Source: Octopus vulgaris
Taxonomy: Eukaryota
Direction of reading: 5' to 3'
Assembly: GCA_951406725.2 (NCBI GenBank)
Contig: OX597819.1
Location: 89,466,001 to 89,530,000, forward strand
DNA length: 64,000 nucleotides
The notes under the pieces are model-generated. The model worked only from the letters and a program-made list of their open reading frames with translations, was not told where the DNA came from and made no database searches. Shown one piece after another: positions 13,171 to 26,722 of this stretch (position 1 is its first letter; the number at the start of each line of letters is the position of its first letter). A program made the translations under genes and the position numbers.

Positions 13171-13262
13171 TAGTGTTCGTGGAAAATTTGCAAGTATGAG
13201 ACTGGCAGTGGCCAGAGTAGTCACTCTCATCATAATCCCCATCACCACCAATCATCACCACT

Positions 13263-13311
<49 letters not shown>

Positions 13312-13382
13312 CCATCAATCTTACCCCCACCACCAGCACCACCCCCACCAGCACCACCCCCACCACCACCACCAGCACCACC

Positions 13383-13416
<34 letters not shown>

Positions 13417-13676
13417 TCATCATCACCTAATATCTGTATCCCATGTTGATATGAGTTTGAAAGTTTGACAGGGTTCTAGCAAACCACAGGGCTCCATCAA
13501 GCCCCAATGTCAGCTTTGGCATGGATTTCATAGCGAGCTGCCCTTCCTAATGCCAACCATTTTACAATGTGTTCTAGGAGCGTTTTTTTTTTCCATGTCA
13601 GCAGCACTAGTGTTGTCACCAAATAACTTACAAAACAGGGAAAGAACAGGAAAAGCAGACTTTTGATAGACATATA

Positions 13677-14632
13677 CAGGGTGGCCCAAAAGTAGGTTTG
13701 CAGTTATCACGTAGGCACTTTCAATTTCTTTCAGAACACTTTATTACATTCAAATTTCTATCTTACAATCATATTTGCTTATGCTCATCTTAAACAGACA
13801 ATCTTTGATATCTCAGATGCTCAAAATGTCCTCCTTCAACATTGCAACATTCTTTCAAACCTCTTCAGAACACTCAGACACACGGTGCAGCACAAATTCT
13901 GATCTCTGTCAATTTCAGTGAATGCATCAAAAATGTAATTTTTAATTAATTTACTTTTTGGGGATTCTTCTCATAAAACCTTGTTCTTTACAAAAAAAGA
14001 AATCCATTGGTGTCAGGTCAGGTGAATGTGGTGGCCATTCGATGCTGCCTCATCTTCCAAACCAACACTTTATTCTCTAGAAAAACGCCGCTGCCGTGGT
14101 GATCTCATTCTCACTCACAACATCATAAGCGGAAAGTGTAACCTCTCGAAAGAGCTGTTCTTCACTCCTGCTCCAGAGCGTCGGCTGCGGGGTCATTCCG
14201 AAAAGCTCTACCTGTGACGATTTCATCTCAATCGAAGGAGAGGAGCTTTCTCCGTCCGGGTTGCGGATCCGTGGAACAAGCTGCCAGACGAGATGGTGAA
14301 GATGCCGACGACCGCTTTGTTCAAAGCCTCCCTTGACCTCAAGTGGCCTGAACTCTTTACATGAACACCACCCTGTACTTAACTCCATGTCCCCCTACAT
14401 AGCCTTGCTACTTGCTTTTGAGCCAAATTAACTAACTAACTAACTAACACTGTGGAAAGGCTTGGTTAAGGTAGTCTCTTACTGTCAATGCATAAGAGCG
14501 TGACAAAATTAAATTAAATTAGCATAGAATGATGGTTTCATATTTTTTTTCATAATTAAGATCTAAACTGTTAATATATGAATGTGAAAGAGATAGTTGA
14601 ATAACTGTAAAACCTACTTTTGGGCCAGCCTG
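13677..14632 (-). mobile_element. Internally deleted Tc1/mariner transposon
   Basis: TIR CAGGGTGGCCCAAAAGTAGGTTT / AAACCTACTTTTGGGCCAGCCTG, TA TSDs; minus-strand transposase remnants YALTVRDYLNQAFPQCW..EWPPHSPDLTPMDFF and EGGHFEHL. Confidence 0.9.
14070..14445 (+). mobile_element. CR1-clade LINE 3' fragment nested in the transposase remnant
   Basis: YSLEKRRCRGDLI...RGHSEKL...FSVRVADPWNKLP...FKASLD; (TAAC)n tail; AACACT duplication at 14064-14069 and 14446-14451. Confidence 0.85.
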
Positions 14633-14705
14633 TATAGAGAGAGAGGAGTTGGAGGAGAAGAAGTAAATGAAGTGTTGATGGGATGTTGATGGTGATGATA
14701 AGGCT

Positions 14706-14736
<31 letters not shown>

Positions 14737-15429
14737 AGTAGGAGGAGGAGGAGGAGGAGGAAGTGGAGGAGGAGAGGAGGAAGATGAAAGTCATGGTCAG
14801 AGTGGTTGTGATGGCAGTATTTGTAGTGATGATCGTGGTTGTTGCTATGGTGGTTATGATAAAGATTATGATACTGGTGGTGAGGATAAATACTGCTTCC
14901 AATGTAGCTGCCATTGCTGCTGCTGCTGCTGCTGGTAATGATGATGACGATGACAATGACGACGATGATGACGAAAATGACAACGGCAATGACAACAATA
15001 AAAGAAGTGTGGATGCTGGTGGTTTACTGGTTATCATAATAGATTAATAATTAATTAGAAAAATTGAATATGTTGTCCAGTGATTTGATATATCAAGAAT
15101 GTCGAACTTTCTGAAATGCACAAAGAGATCTATGCTTAATTAGCCATAAATTAACAAAGAAGGAATGTAGTTGTCTGTTTTTACCTTAGTTTATGACTGG
15201 TACTTATTTTATTGAGCCTGATGAGGATGAGAATTAGGGTGAAAGCCATCTGCCAATTCATTTGACAACAGAAAACAACTTAGTAAATCAGTGACTTCAT
15301 GTACCTTGGGTCTTATTTTGATGACTGTTAGAAAGATTTCTCAACATGCAAGAGACAAGTCTGAAGTGCCTGTTACAAGCTTTAAATCCTCTTGCTATCA
15401 AATGTTTCAGAGTCAACAAGACTGGTCTT

Positions 15430-15965
15430 CTGGGCATGAAGTTAAAATCTTTGACTCTGAAGAATGATCTTCAAGATTGCTATGATGGTACATATACCAG
15501 GTTTCTCACTAGAGCTCAAGAATATCTCATTGCATGAGTACAAGACCAAAGAGGAGATTTCTTTTTTTTTTTTTATGGCTGGATTCCAACCCGGGCCACA
15601 GCAACAAAATCTACCTGGCACACCTTCTGGTCCAATATCACTACCTCGAGGTCCTGGATACTTTCCAGGCCATTATCTATAATCCATTTATTGATTACAT
15701 CACCATCACCATCTTACATCACCATGAAGTGAGTTCCACTAGACTAATTCTTACATCACCACGAAGTGGGTTCCACACAACTAATTTGAATGTTCCCAGT
15801 TCAGAGTAGCACATACAGTAACCAGATAGTCATAGCCATATTTGCTTGATCTTGCTAACTTTCAGCAGGTCCTCATAAAGGCATTTGTTTGTCATATGTG
15901 GCTGCCGTTTCATATTTTGGGTCCTTTGTAACATTCTTGTGTAGCAGCCATCTAGCCTATTTGGT
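15430..15965. mobile_element. Two old RTE-group LINE C-terminal fragments in opposite orientation
   Basis: Plus strand YDGTYTRFL (~15480); minus strand RLDGCYTRMLQRTQNMKRQPHMTNKCLY (~15880-15965). Confidence 0.55.
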
Positions 15966-15974
15966 AATTTCATT

Positions 15975-16220
15975 AACTCTTTTACTCTTTTACATGTTTC
16001 AGTCATTTGACTGTGGCCATGCTAGAGCACCACCCTTTAGTTGAGCAAATCGACCCCAGGACTTATTCTTTGTAAGCTTAGTACTTATTCTATTGGTCTC
16101 TTTTGCTGAACTGCTAAGTTATGGGGATGTAAACACACCAGCATCAGTTGTCAAGCAATGTTGGGGGGACAAACACAGACACACAAACATACACACACAG
16201 ACACACACACACACACACGA
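15975..16220 (-). mobile_element. SINE S1, 3' part
   Basis: Family similarity. Confidence 0.85.
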
Positions 16221-16492
16221 GAGATGTACAAAAATATTTTGTCACACTGTGGGACACCTTTCAATGTACTAATACCTGTGAAATTGGCAAAAAAAGATAA
16301 AAATATAATTAAAAAACAAATGCAAATGATGGTGCTCCAGTTTAGCAACAGCCATGTGGCTAGAACAAGTAAAAGAATATAAGCTTCTTAAGTCCATAAG
16401 TGGTTTTAAGTGAAGGGTGGGGTACTTAGCTGTGGTTCGATACTGTTTCAGCTAAAAGAAAACAAAAACAAAAAAAAACTATCACCTGTTTT

Positions 16493-16645
16493 AGGCATAG
16501 GCATGACTGTGTGGTGCAGAAGCTTGGTTTGCAATCGCAACATTTCAGGTTCAGTCACACTGTAGAACACTGTGTTCTACTATAACCCAAGGCCAGCCAA
16601 TGCCCTGTGAGTGAATTTGGTAGATGGAAACTGTGTGGAAGCCCA

Positions 16646-16687
<42 letters not shown>

Positions 16688-17225
16688 ACAGGCATGGCTG
16701 TCTGGTAAATAGCTTGCTTACCAACCACATGGTTCTGGGTTCAGTCCCACTGCATGGCACCTTGGGCAAGTGTCTTTCTACCATAGCCTCGGGCCAACCA
16801 AAGCCTTGTAAGTGGATTTGGTAGACAGAAACTGAAAGAAGCCCATCATATATGTGTGTGTGTGTGTGTATGTGTTGTGTGTGTGTCGTGTGTGTGTGTA
16901 TATATATGTGTGTGTGTGTATATCTAAGTTTATATATGTATATTTATGTATGTATGTATATGTATATGTATTTGTGCAAGTGTGTGTATATGTGTGTATG
17001 TGTTTTTGTGTATGTTTGTGTGTTGTGTGTGTGTGTGTGTGTGTGACTTTGCATTTGTATTTGTCCCACCACCATCTGACAAGAAGTCTCATTTTATTCA
17101 AATCCCTGTAACTTAGCAGTTTGGCTAAGAATCCCAAAATAAATACTGGGGTCAGTTTGTCCAACTAAACCCTTCAAAGCAGTGCCCCAGCATGGTCAGT
17201 GTCTCATTACTGAAACAACTGAAAG
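16493..17225 (+). mobile_element. Two tandem/nested SINE S1 copies with expanded microsatellites
   Basis: Heads at ~16493 and ~16685. Confidence 0.8.
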
Positions 17226-18299
17226 GTAAGAGGTATCACCTACTTCAGTTTTCTCTACAAGATGTTTATCTATCTTAGATATTTCTAGATAAATAAGTAC
17301 TCATTTAAGTGACATTTATAGCTTTTATGTATTATATCTGTGGTCCACTCCAAAATGTTCAATTATTTTATCAAAAGTGTGTTCAAACATAAGCTAATTA
17401 GGGACTGTTCCAGTAACAGATGTTTTTGTTAAACGGTATAAACATCTCTGCTCAATGGTTCCAGAATTTTGAAAAGGTCTTTCTTTTTTTTTTGTTGGTG
17501 TGTTTCTTTTTTTTGTTTTTATTTTTAAATAAATAGACATCTGTTTATTAAAGATGAATGGTCCATTGCTGTTAGCCATAATTCTTTCAACACCATCGCA
17601 GAAATTCAATAATAGCGGAGTGATTTATATTTTTTAAACAAATTGATTAAATGATTATTCTGTGATAACTGACAAGACCTTTCTAGAATAATATAAGTTA
17701 AGACAAGCATTTAGCATGATGATAAAAGACATTTTTTTAAAAAATCTTTACAGCAAAAAAAAACAAAAAACAAAAGAAGAGAAATAGGAAAAGTATATGA
17801 AGAAAAAAAGACAGTAAGAAAACAAAACTAAACTGGAAATAAAATCAAAAAATAATAATAAAATCAATAATTAATCTGCTCATCCTACAACTACATTTTC
17901 AGGAATAAATCTTCCTGAAATGATATCTACAGTGCTTAACACATTTAAAAATTAGATTTTACTTCAAAACCTTTCCAGACCTGAATGACTTAGATGGTCT
18001 TGTAAAATATATTAACAATACTCAATTGACAAGGTATTTTATAGTTGCCTACTCATACCTATCATGCTTAGTCAACCATTTCTTCAAGTTAGTCATCACT
18101 TTGTTATCAGTAAAGTGAAATAGTGATAAAAATGATTGATTGCATCAGACAGACTTTAGTTCTTTGTCTCTACATTGTGGGTTCAAATTTAACCAGAGTC
18201 AAAGAATCATAGTGGTCAGTAAGTAAATAAATAAAATAAATGTTAATCATGTACTAGGGCCAATTAGATAAATTGTTTCCAGTATAATATATATATATT

Positions 18300-18527
18300 T
18301 TTATTGCCCACAGGGAGCTAAATATAGAGGGGACAAACAAGGACAGACAAAGGGATTAAGTCGATTGCATCAACCCCAGTACATAACTGGTACTTAATAT
18401 ATCGACCCCGAAAGGATGAAAGGCAAAGTTGACCTCAGCGGAATTTGAACTCAGAGCGTACAGACAGACGAAATGCTGCTAAGCATTTCGCCTGGCATGC
18501 TAACGATTCTGCCAGCTCACTGCCTTT
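18300..18527 (-). mobile_element. SINE S2
   Basis: Reverse complement of the 7710 copy. Confidence 0.85.
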
Positions 18528-18540
18528 TCCAGTATAGTAT

Positions 18541-18875
18541 AGGCACAGGCATGGCTTCGTGGTAAGAAGTTGGCTTCCCAATCATGATTTTGGATCCTGT
18601 CCCTCAGTTTAGTACCTTGCCCAAGTGTTTTCTATGACAACTTTGGGAATGGATTTGGTAGGTAGAAACTGAAAGAAGCTCATCACATGTATATATATTC
18701 TTTTATGTGTTTCAATCATTTGACTGTGGCCATGCTGGAGCACTGAAAAGATTGTAGTCAAACAAATCAACCCCAGGACTTATTTTTTAAAGCCTAGTAC
18801 TTTTCCTATCAACCTCTTTTGCCAAACTATTATGTTATGAGGACATGAACATACCAGCACCAGTTGTCAAGCACA

Positions 18876-18928
<53 letters not shown>

Positions 18929-19085
18929 GGTGGGCTTCTTTCAGTTTCCATCAACCAAATCCACTCACAAGGCTTTGGTTGGCCCAGGGCTACTATAGAA
19001 GACACTTGCCTAAGGTGCCACATAGTGGGACTGAACCCAGACCATGTGGTTGGGAAACAAGCTTCTTACCATGCAGCCACACCTA
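18541..19085. mobile_element. SINE S1 head (+, 18541-18690) followed by a full S1 (-, 18695-19085)
   Basis: Family similarity. Confidence 0.8.
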
Positions 19086-19092
19086 TATATGT

Positions 19093-19134
<42 letters not shown>

Positions 19135-19145
19135 ATGTGTGTATA

Positions 19146-19345
19146 CAGGGTGCGAAGGGTAAATTGTTACCATTTTATTTTTTTAACTTCGCACGTGTGC
19201 ATTGTTTGTTTTTGATTTTGCTGATTACACAATATAGTTGGGGCAGTTGGGCACTGTCTATGAGGAAAACAGCACCATGATGCAACTCACACTGCCAGAA
19301 ATTTGGAAATGGCATGCTGTACTGGTTGGCATTCGTGCCTGAAGC
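19146..19345 (+). mobile_element. Possible single end of a Tc1/mariner-like element
   Basis: TA|CAGGGTG start; no second TIR found. Confidence 0.35.
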
Positions 19346-19879
19346 TCCAATTGTCATCATCATTGGTGTCAGCAGCATTAGCATCCTCATTATCATCAGC
19401 AGCATTAGCATCCTCATTATCATCAGCAGCAGCAACAGCAGCATTGGTGATACTGTCATCATCAGTGGTGGCGGAGTTGTTGTTGTAGAATTTCTTTTCC
19501 TGGTCATCCTCATCGTTGTTGTTGTCAGTGGCATGACAGTGGCAGCAGAAGTGGTATTGTCATCAATGTCATCACTGTCATTGGTGTCATTGGTGACATC
19601 TCATATCCTCATTACCATTGTAGCCATGGTAGCACAATTGTCATCACTGGTGTACTCATCATTGTCATTGTAATCAGTGGCAGCTGCAATGTTATCATCA
19701 TTGTTGTTGTGTCATCACCAGCATTGACTTTGTCATCATCATTATTGTCATCTTTATCATTGTCACTGTTACTGTCAGTGTCATCGGTAATGTTGTCATC
19801 AATTTGACCACTAGCAGTGTCCTCATTCTACTCGTCATTATCCCTGTCATTGTTGCCATATATAGCCACACCTATATAA

Positions 19880-19995
19880 TCATCATCATCATCATCATCA
19901 TCGTTTAACGTCCATTCTCCATGCTAGCATGGGTTGGACAGTTCGACCGGGGATCTGGGAAGCCAGAAGGCTGCCCCAGGCTCCAGTCTGATCTA
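19880..19995 (-). mobile_element. RTE LINE extreme 3' end
   Basis: (CAT)n followed by CGTTTAACGTCC...CATGCTAGCATGGGTTGGAC. Confidence 0.85.
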
Positions 19996-21548
19996 CATAT
20001 ATATATAATTATGTAGTCAACATTGATATATAAACTTATGTGGTGGACATACAAATGTACCAATTTTATCTATCTCTCTGAAGATTGAAAAAATAAATGA
20101 AAACTCTTAATTGATTTTTAGACCCTTGTTGGGGTCTCTTCAGAGATGTCTGCATCACTTGACCAATCTGGAAGAAGCAACTAGCCAATCTGTTTATATA
20201 CGCATCAGATCTAATAGAGTCAGAGAACTGGAACGACTCATTAGCATACCATTAGTGTTTAGCATTTTTATCTGGTATCAGTAGCCTACATATGCATACA
20301 TACATGCATACATCAAACATACACACATACATATATGTATGTATTTATGTATACATATATATGTGTACATGTACACATGTGTGTGTGTGTGCGAGCATGT
20401 ATGTGAATGGATGGATTGATGCATGGACAGATGGATGGCCAGATAGATGTGTGAATATATAAGTATATATGCTTGTTTGTACCCATGTATGTATGTTTGT
20501 ATATATATTGACATGCACACAAGATCAAGCACGCACACACACACACACATACACACACACACACACATGCATAGCACCGACAAGATTTGACTCTAAAAAT
20601 AGGAAATGCGACATCCAATATGGCAGCAAATAAATAAATAAATAAAAAAAAAGAAGCAAAGCAAAAATATAAAAAAAATAAATAAATAAATAAATTAAAT
20701 ACATTAAGAACGACTTTCATTCCCAACAGAGCTAAGATTTTTCTGATAGTAATTGGTGAGATAACAAACCCAATTGAATGGTAAACACTAATGACCGCAT
20801 TAGAATTCATGAAGAGTTGGCACTAGTCATTTTGGTAAAACAGGCAGACAATAGAAATGAGACAGCATTAAATCACTTAGTTGCCAAGGCTAGAAAGCAA
20901 TCACAGAAGTGAATGAGCTTACAATCAAATGGCAAATCAGCAAGTCTTGTTCAGCTATATTGAAAGATTATTATTATTATTATTATTATTATTACAACAC
21001 ATTGGTGTTCAATATTAGTCAGTTTCATTGCCTCGGTTCCTCTTTGGCATTAGATGTGGATAGCTAGAGGAAATGGAACCAGGTGTTTCGGTGATGTAAT
21101 TTGAGAATGTGGTGAATACTGTGTTACAATTAAAAAGGTTTATTGGCATGGCCTAAATAACTGGTTAACAAGTATGCTTTGAAAGCCATGTGGTTTTAGG
21201 TTCAGTCCCTCCGTACAGCACCAAGGGCAAGTGTTTTTATCATAATTATTTATTTTTTTTCCTTCTTTCTTCAAATTTTCTTCCATTTCTCACCTAGTGT
21301 TTTCTGTACACCTAGGGCAGAGAAGCTCATTGTATGCATTCCTAGATTACACATGCAAATTCACAGGTAAAATATGTATTTAAAAGAAATTAATGAATAA
21401 ATATATTCATGAATGGATGTTGTTTTTACAGTGATAATGCTCTTCTCAGTACATGAATCGTTCTAGTTAACACAATTTTTTGCACTTCCTGTAGGGATGA
21501 ACACTTCCTGTAGGGATGGATACACTTCCTGTAGGGATATTATTATTA

Positions 21549-21595
<47 letters not shown>

Positions 21596-21596
21596 T

Positions 21597-21805
21597 GGCC
21601 GATGCCAGCCTCGCCTGGCACCAGTGCAGGTGGCACGTAAAAAGCACCCACTACACTCACGGAGTGGTTGGCGTTAGGAAGGGCATCCAGCTGTGGAAAC
21701 ATTGCCAGATAAGACCGGAGCCTGGTGCAGCCTTCTGGCTTCCCAGATCCCCGGTCGAACCGTCTAACCCATGCTAGCATGGAGAACGGACGTTAAACGA
21801 TGATG
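21597..21805 (+). mobile_element. RTE LINE 3' end inserted in (TTA)n
   Basis: Matches 42830-43010; (TTA)n on both sides. Confidence 0.9.
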
Positions 21806-21821
21806 ATTATTATTATTATTA

Positions 21822-21887
<66 letters not shown>

Positions 21888-21930
21888 TTTTAAAAAGGAT
21901 TGACATAACTCTTCACAAAGGTAAACAGTC

Positions 21931-22185
21931 AAGACAAAAAGTGTGATTTGATTGTAATAGATATTTTATTGGCTGAATGATATTTTGACAGTAAGACTGT
22001 CTTTGTCAAGTTCAAAATAAGAAGTGATAAAAATTCAAAATTATAGAAATTTAAATTTAAAGTTAAAATTTAAAGTATGAATTTTTATCACCTCTTATTT
22101 TGAACTTGTCAAAGACAGACTTACTGTCGAAATATTGTTCAACCAATAAAATATCTATTACAATTGAATCACGCTCTTCGTCTTT
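21931..22185. mobile_element. Foldback/MITE-like palindrome
   Basis: ~105-bp arms, e.g. ATTGTAATAGATATTTTATTGG / CCAATAAAATATCTATTACAAT. Confidence 0.8.
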
Positions 22186-22400
22186 ACTATTATTATTACA
22201 GCCCAAGGCTGATTTTGTGAATTAATTTGGTCAGTGAAAACTGAGTGGAATCTCATTGTATGTATGTATTGATATAGATATAGATAAAGACAAATAGATA
22301 AACACACATATAAACACACACACATACACAACACACACTCGCACATATATATCTACATGCATTTGTATGTTTGCATGCATGTATATATATATATATTTAT

Positions 22401-23560
22401 ACATAAGAGGTGCAGCAACATCAAAGGATGATTAACCAGGAATATAGCTTTCATATGCGGCAGATGCATAGGGGCAATAAACACCACTGATGCTCAGAAA
22501 ACAGATTCTATCACATGCTTGGGTTGAAACTAGAAGTAGTTGATAGCTTCCGCTACCAAGTCTGTAGTGGGGGTAGATGCTCAGAGAATAAGAATAAGCC
22601 TGGGCAAAGTGTTCAGAAAGCTTCTACCCCTACTTGAGACAAAGGCCTCTTACTCAAAGTGAAAGGTAGATTGTATGATGCAAGTGTGCGAACTGTCATG
22701 CTTCACAGCAGTGAAACATGGGCTGTGACTGCTGAAGACATGTGCAAGCTCGAAAGAAATCAAGCTAGCATGATCTGCTGGATATGTAATGTCAGTGAGC
22801 ACACACAACAGAGTGTAAGCGCCCTGAGAAAAATGTTGGACATAAGAAGCATCAGATGTGGTGTGCAAGAGAAACGTTTGCGTTGGTATGGTCATGTACT
22901 ATGAAAGGAGGAGAGCTGTGTGAAGAAGTGCCACTCCCAAAGAGTGGAAGGAATCCGGGGTAGAGGGTAACTCAGGAAGACATAGGATGAGGTGGTGAAG
23001 CATGACCTTCGAATGTTAAGCCTCACAGAGGCAATGACAAAAGACCTAGACCTCTGGAGATATGGTGTGACTGAGAAAACCCGACAAAAAAAATGAGTTC
23101 ACAGCTGTAACATACACCAGTGTTGCATAACCAGCCCACTCAAAAGTACATTGGATTGTAAGGCAAGATGCTGCGCTCGAGGAAACCTATTGAGTCAAGT
23201 ACATCAAAATCAAATCAAATGGAAATTGTAGTTGTGATCCCCATGTGCGTGGCATGTAAAAAGCACCATCCAAACGTGCCCGATGCCAGCGTCACCTTGA
23301 CTGGCTTTCATGCCAGTGGCACATAAAAAGCATCATCCAATCGTGGTTGATGCCAACCCCCTCTGCCCCTGTGCCAGTGGCACATAAAAAGCACCCACTA
23401 CACTCTCGGAGTGGTTGGTGTTAGGAAGGGCATCCAGCTGTAGAAACACTGCCAGATCAGACTGGAGTCTGGTATGCCCTCATGGCTTCCCAGACCTCAG
23501 TTGAACCATTCAACCCATGCTAGCATGAAAAACAGACGTTAAATGATGATGATGACGATG
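22401..23560 (+). mobile_element. Older 5'-truncated RTE LINE copy (C-terminal ORF remnant, 3'UTR, GAT tail)
   Basis: Homologous to 41600-43021; KGRLYDASVRTVMLHSSETWAVTAED; frameshifts and stops. Confidence 0.92.
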
Positions 23561-23751
23561 AAAATATACACACAATGGGATGAATATTTTGAAAGATAGA
23601 TGACTACCCTAAGTTTGGCTGACAATCCTTAAGAACTAATATACAAAAAGTGAAATCAATTGATACCAAAATTTCTGTTCTTACTTTGTGGTTTATACAA
23701 GTTAAGGCCTATTTTTATTATATTTGTTGCATTCACCATGTGTGTTTCTTA

Positions 23752-23826
23752 ATAGTGAGAAATTTGTGGATTTGGAGTGTTAACTCCTGTTTCTAGCAAA
23801 TGGTATTCTGGTATCCTACTTTATGT

Positions 23827-23890
<64 letters not shown>

Positions 23891-23965
23891 ACATAAAGTA
23901 GGATACCAGAATACCATTTGCTAGAAACAGGAGTTAACACTCCAAATCCACAAATTTCTCACTAT
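23752..23965. repeat. Perfect inverted duplication centred on (TA)n
   Basis: ATAGTGAGAAATTTGTGG...CTTTATGTATACATAC-(TA)n-exact reverse complement. Confidence 0.95.
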
Positions 23966-24516
23966 ATATACACATCAATATATACACATAGATGTATATA
24001 TATATGTTTATATACACATCGATATATATATATATATATATACATCGATATATATATACATAGATGTTATATACATACACATACTTATATATGTGCATGT
24101 GTGCATATGTGTGTGTGTATAGATATGCATGTGTATTTTGTTATTCCTCTTTGGACAACCAGTGTTGAGTTGGTGGTATTCCCTGACTTAGTGGTTCAGC
24201 AAAAAGAGACCAATAGGATGAATAACAAACTTTAAATAAGTGCCAGGTCAATTTAATGAACTAAACCCTCCAAGGCAATGCCATGCTCCAGCATGGCCAC
24301 AGTCCAATGACTTAATCAAGTGAAAGAATAAAAGAACAAGTTGCTGTTCCTTATTAACCTACATCAATGTTTATGGATGCAGCATACTGAATAATTAAGA
24401 TGTTTGCTTCCCAATCACAAAATCAAAGGTTTGATCCTAACGTGTAGTAACTGAGACAAGTGTCTTTTACTATAGCTTAGTTTCATCCAAGTGAAGAGAG
24501 AAACTGTGCAAAAACC

Positions 24517-24897
24517 CATTAGATTGATTGCTTTGTACATTTAACACTTAACTTCCTGTAAGACACTGTGCCATCGGATTGCTTTGTACATTTAGCACTT
24601 AACTTTCTGTATGACAATGTACCATCAGATTGCTTGCTTGGACATTTAAAACCCAACTTCCTGTATGACACTGTACCATGGAATTGTTTATTTGTATATT
24701 TGACACTTAACTTCCTGTATGACACTGTACCATCAGATTGTTTGTTTGTACATTTGTGACACTTAACTTCCTGTAAGACAATGTACCATCAGATTGCTTG
24801 CTTGGACATTTGACACTTAACTTCTGGTAAGACAATGTACCATCAGATTACTTGCTTCAACATTTAACAGATAACTTCCTGTAAGACACTGTACCAT
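24517..24897. repeat. Minisatellite, 7 units of ~51-56 bp
   Basis: Unit CATCAGATTG..TACATTT.ACACTTAACTTCCTGTA.GACA.TGTAC. Confidence 0.92.
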
Positions 24898-25221
24898 TCG
24901 AGACGCATTTATCAACTAATACTGAAATGTGCAATATCCCAAGAGTCATACTAATTTTGCTTACCTTCATTTAGAAAGAAGTGAGCTGTTCACTTATGTA
25001 AAGGAGAAAACTCTAAGCTCTAATCTCATCTATCATTCATTTGGCTCTGTAACAAAATTCCCATTTGAAGATGACTTACTACTTTATCCTACCAGACCTG
25101 GAAGCCTTTAAAAAAATAAAAGGGATGTTGCCCTTCCATTCCTGACTGAGTTGTAAAAAGAAAAAAAAAGCATCATAGGATTGTATGTTGTTAGAAATGA
25201 GAGAAATTAGTTGCTTAATAG

Positions 25222-25735
25222 TTGTAGGCATGGCTGTGTAATTAAGAGTCTTGCACTGCAACCTTGTGGGTTTTGGTTCAGCCCCATAGCAAGATACATT
25301 GGGCAAGTGTCTTTTACTATAGCCCCCAGGCCAATCAATACCTTGTGAGTGAATTTAGTAAATGTGTAGAAGCCCATTGTATGTGTGTGTGAGTATGTGT
25401 GTGTGTGTAAGTGTGTGTGTGTGTGTGTATGTTTGCATATATGTGTGTATGTATGTATGTATGTATGTATGTATGTATGTATGTATGTATGTATGTATGT
25501 ATGTATGTATGAGTGTGTATGTGTGTGTCTTGTATTTCTCTCCCACCACTGCTTGACAACCAGTGAAGCTTCATTTAGGCCCTTGTTACATAGCAGTTTG
25601 GCAAAACTGAATGATAGAATAAATACCAGACTTTTTAAAGAAAACATAAATAATTGTATTGATTTTGTTTGACCAAACACTTCAAGGTGGTGCCCCAGCA
25701 TTGCCATAGTTCAATGGCTGCAACAATCAAAAGAA
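25222..25735 (+). mobile_element. SINE S1
   Basis: Family similarity. Confidence 0.85.
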
Positions 25736-26339
25736 GATAATGTAAAGAAGTGAGGGAGGGAGGAGACACTGCTGAACCTTGTGATACACCAACAATGTTT
25801 ACCAATTCCATTTTTGCTCTTCCTTTAAATCATAGCTCGACCTCATGAAATAAAAGCATTTCATACAAGAATAGAGATTGTCTCAACTCAACCAACCAAA
25901 TCTTGAATTCAAGTGGTAATATTAAATTATTTATATTGTACTTATATTCTTTGAAACAATTTAAATTTGATAATACACTAGTTCCATTATTCATTTAAAC
26001 TATAAAATAGAAAAACAAAATAAATAAGTAAACAGATAAATAAATAATTCGATTTTTGTATTTGTGTTTTCACATAGAAAATATTAACAATTCCTCAATT
26101 TTTGCATCATTGAGTTGCCATGACTTTTACATTCCTCATTCTGTTTGACAATGAAAAGTCAAAGCAATCTCTTCCATGAATTTAGATTGTTAATATCAGG
26201 GTACTTCAGAGAGAGTTTCCTTAGCTCTGTTTCTATGTTGCAATTTTGGGGATAAATTGTTAATAATGGTCTGGGCCTTGTATTTTGACAGTTTTTCGAA
26301 ATGTGCTTCACTGGGTCAGCATAACATTCATAAAATCTT

Positions 26340-26722
26340 TATCATTTACTTGGTTCAGTCATTGAACGTGGCCATACTGGGGCACCACCTTGAAGGATTT
26401 TTCAATCAAACAAATTGACTCCAGGACTTATTTAAAATCTGCTACATATTCTGTTAAGCATTTTTGCTGAACTGCTAAATTAGAGGGACATAAATATACC
26501 AACACTGGTTGTCAAGTGGAGGGGGGACAGATACAGACACAACCACACACACACACATACACACAACGGGCTTCTTTCAATTTCTGTTTACCAAATCCAC
26601 TCACAGAGCTTTAGTTGGTTCAGGATAATAGCAAAAAAAAAAATATTTCTCTAAGGTGCTATGCAGTGGAGGTGAACTTGAGACCATGTTGTTGGTAAAC
26701 AAACTTCTTACCACACAGCCCA
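26340..26722 (-). mobile_element. SINE S1
   Basis: Family similarity. Confidence 0.8.

Noticed and set aside
3996-13468. Long poly-M/D/H/I/CV/YI ORFs in the ORF track
   Set aside because: They are translations of di-, tri- and tetranucleotide repeats.
24517-24897. Regular repeats resembling a CRISPR array
   Set aside because: Units are contiguous with no unique spacers, there are no cas genes and the context is eukaryotic; it is a minisatellite.
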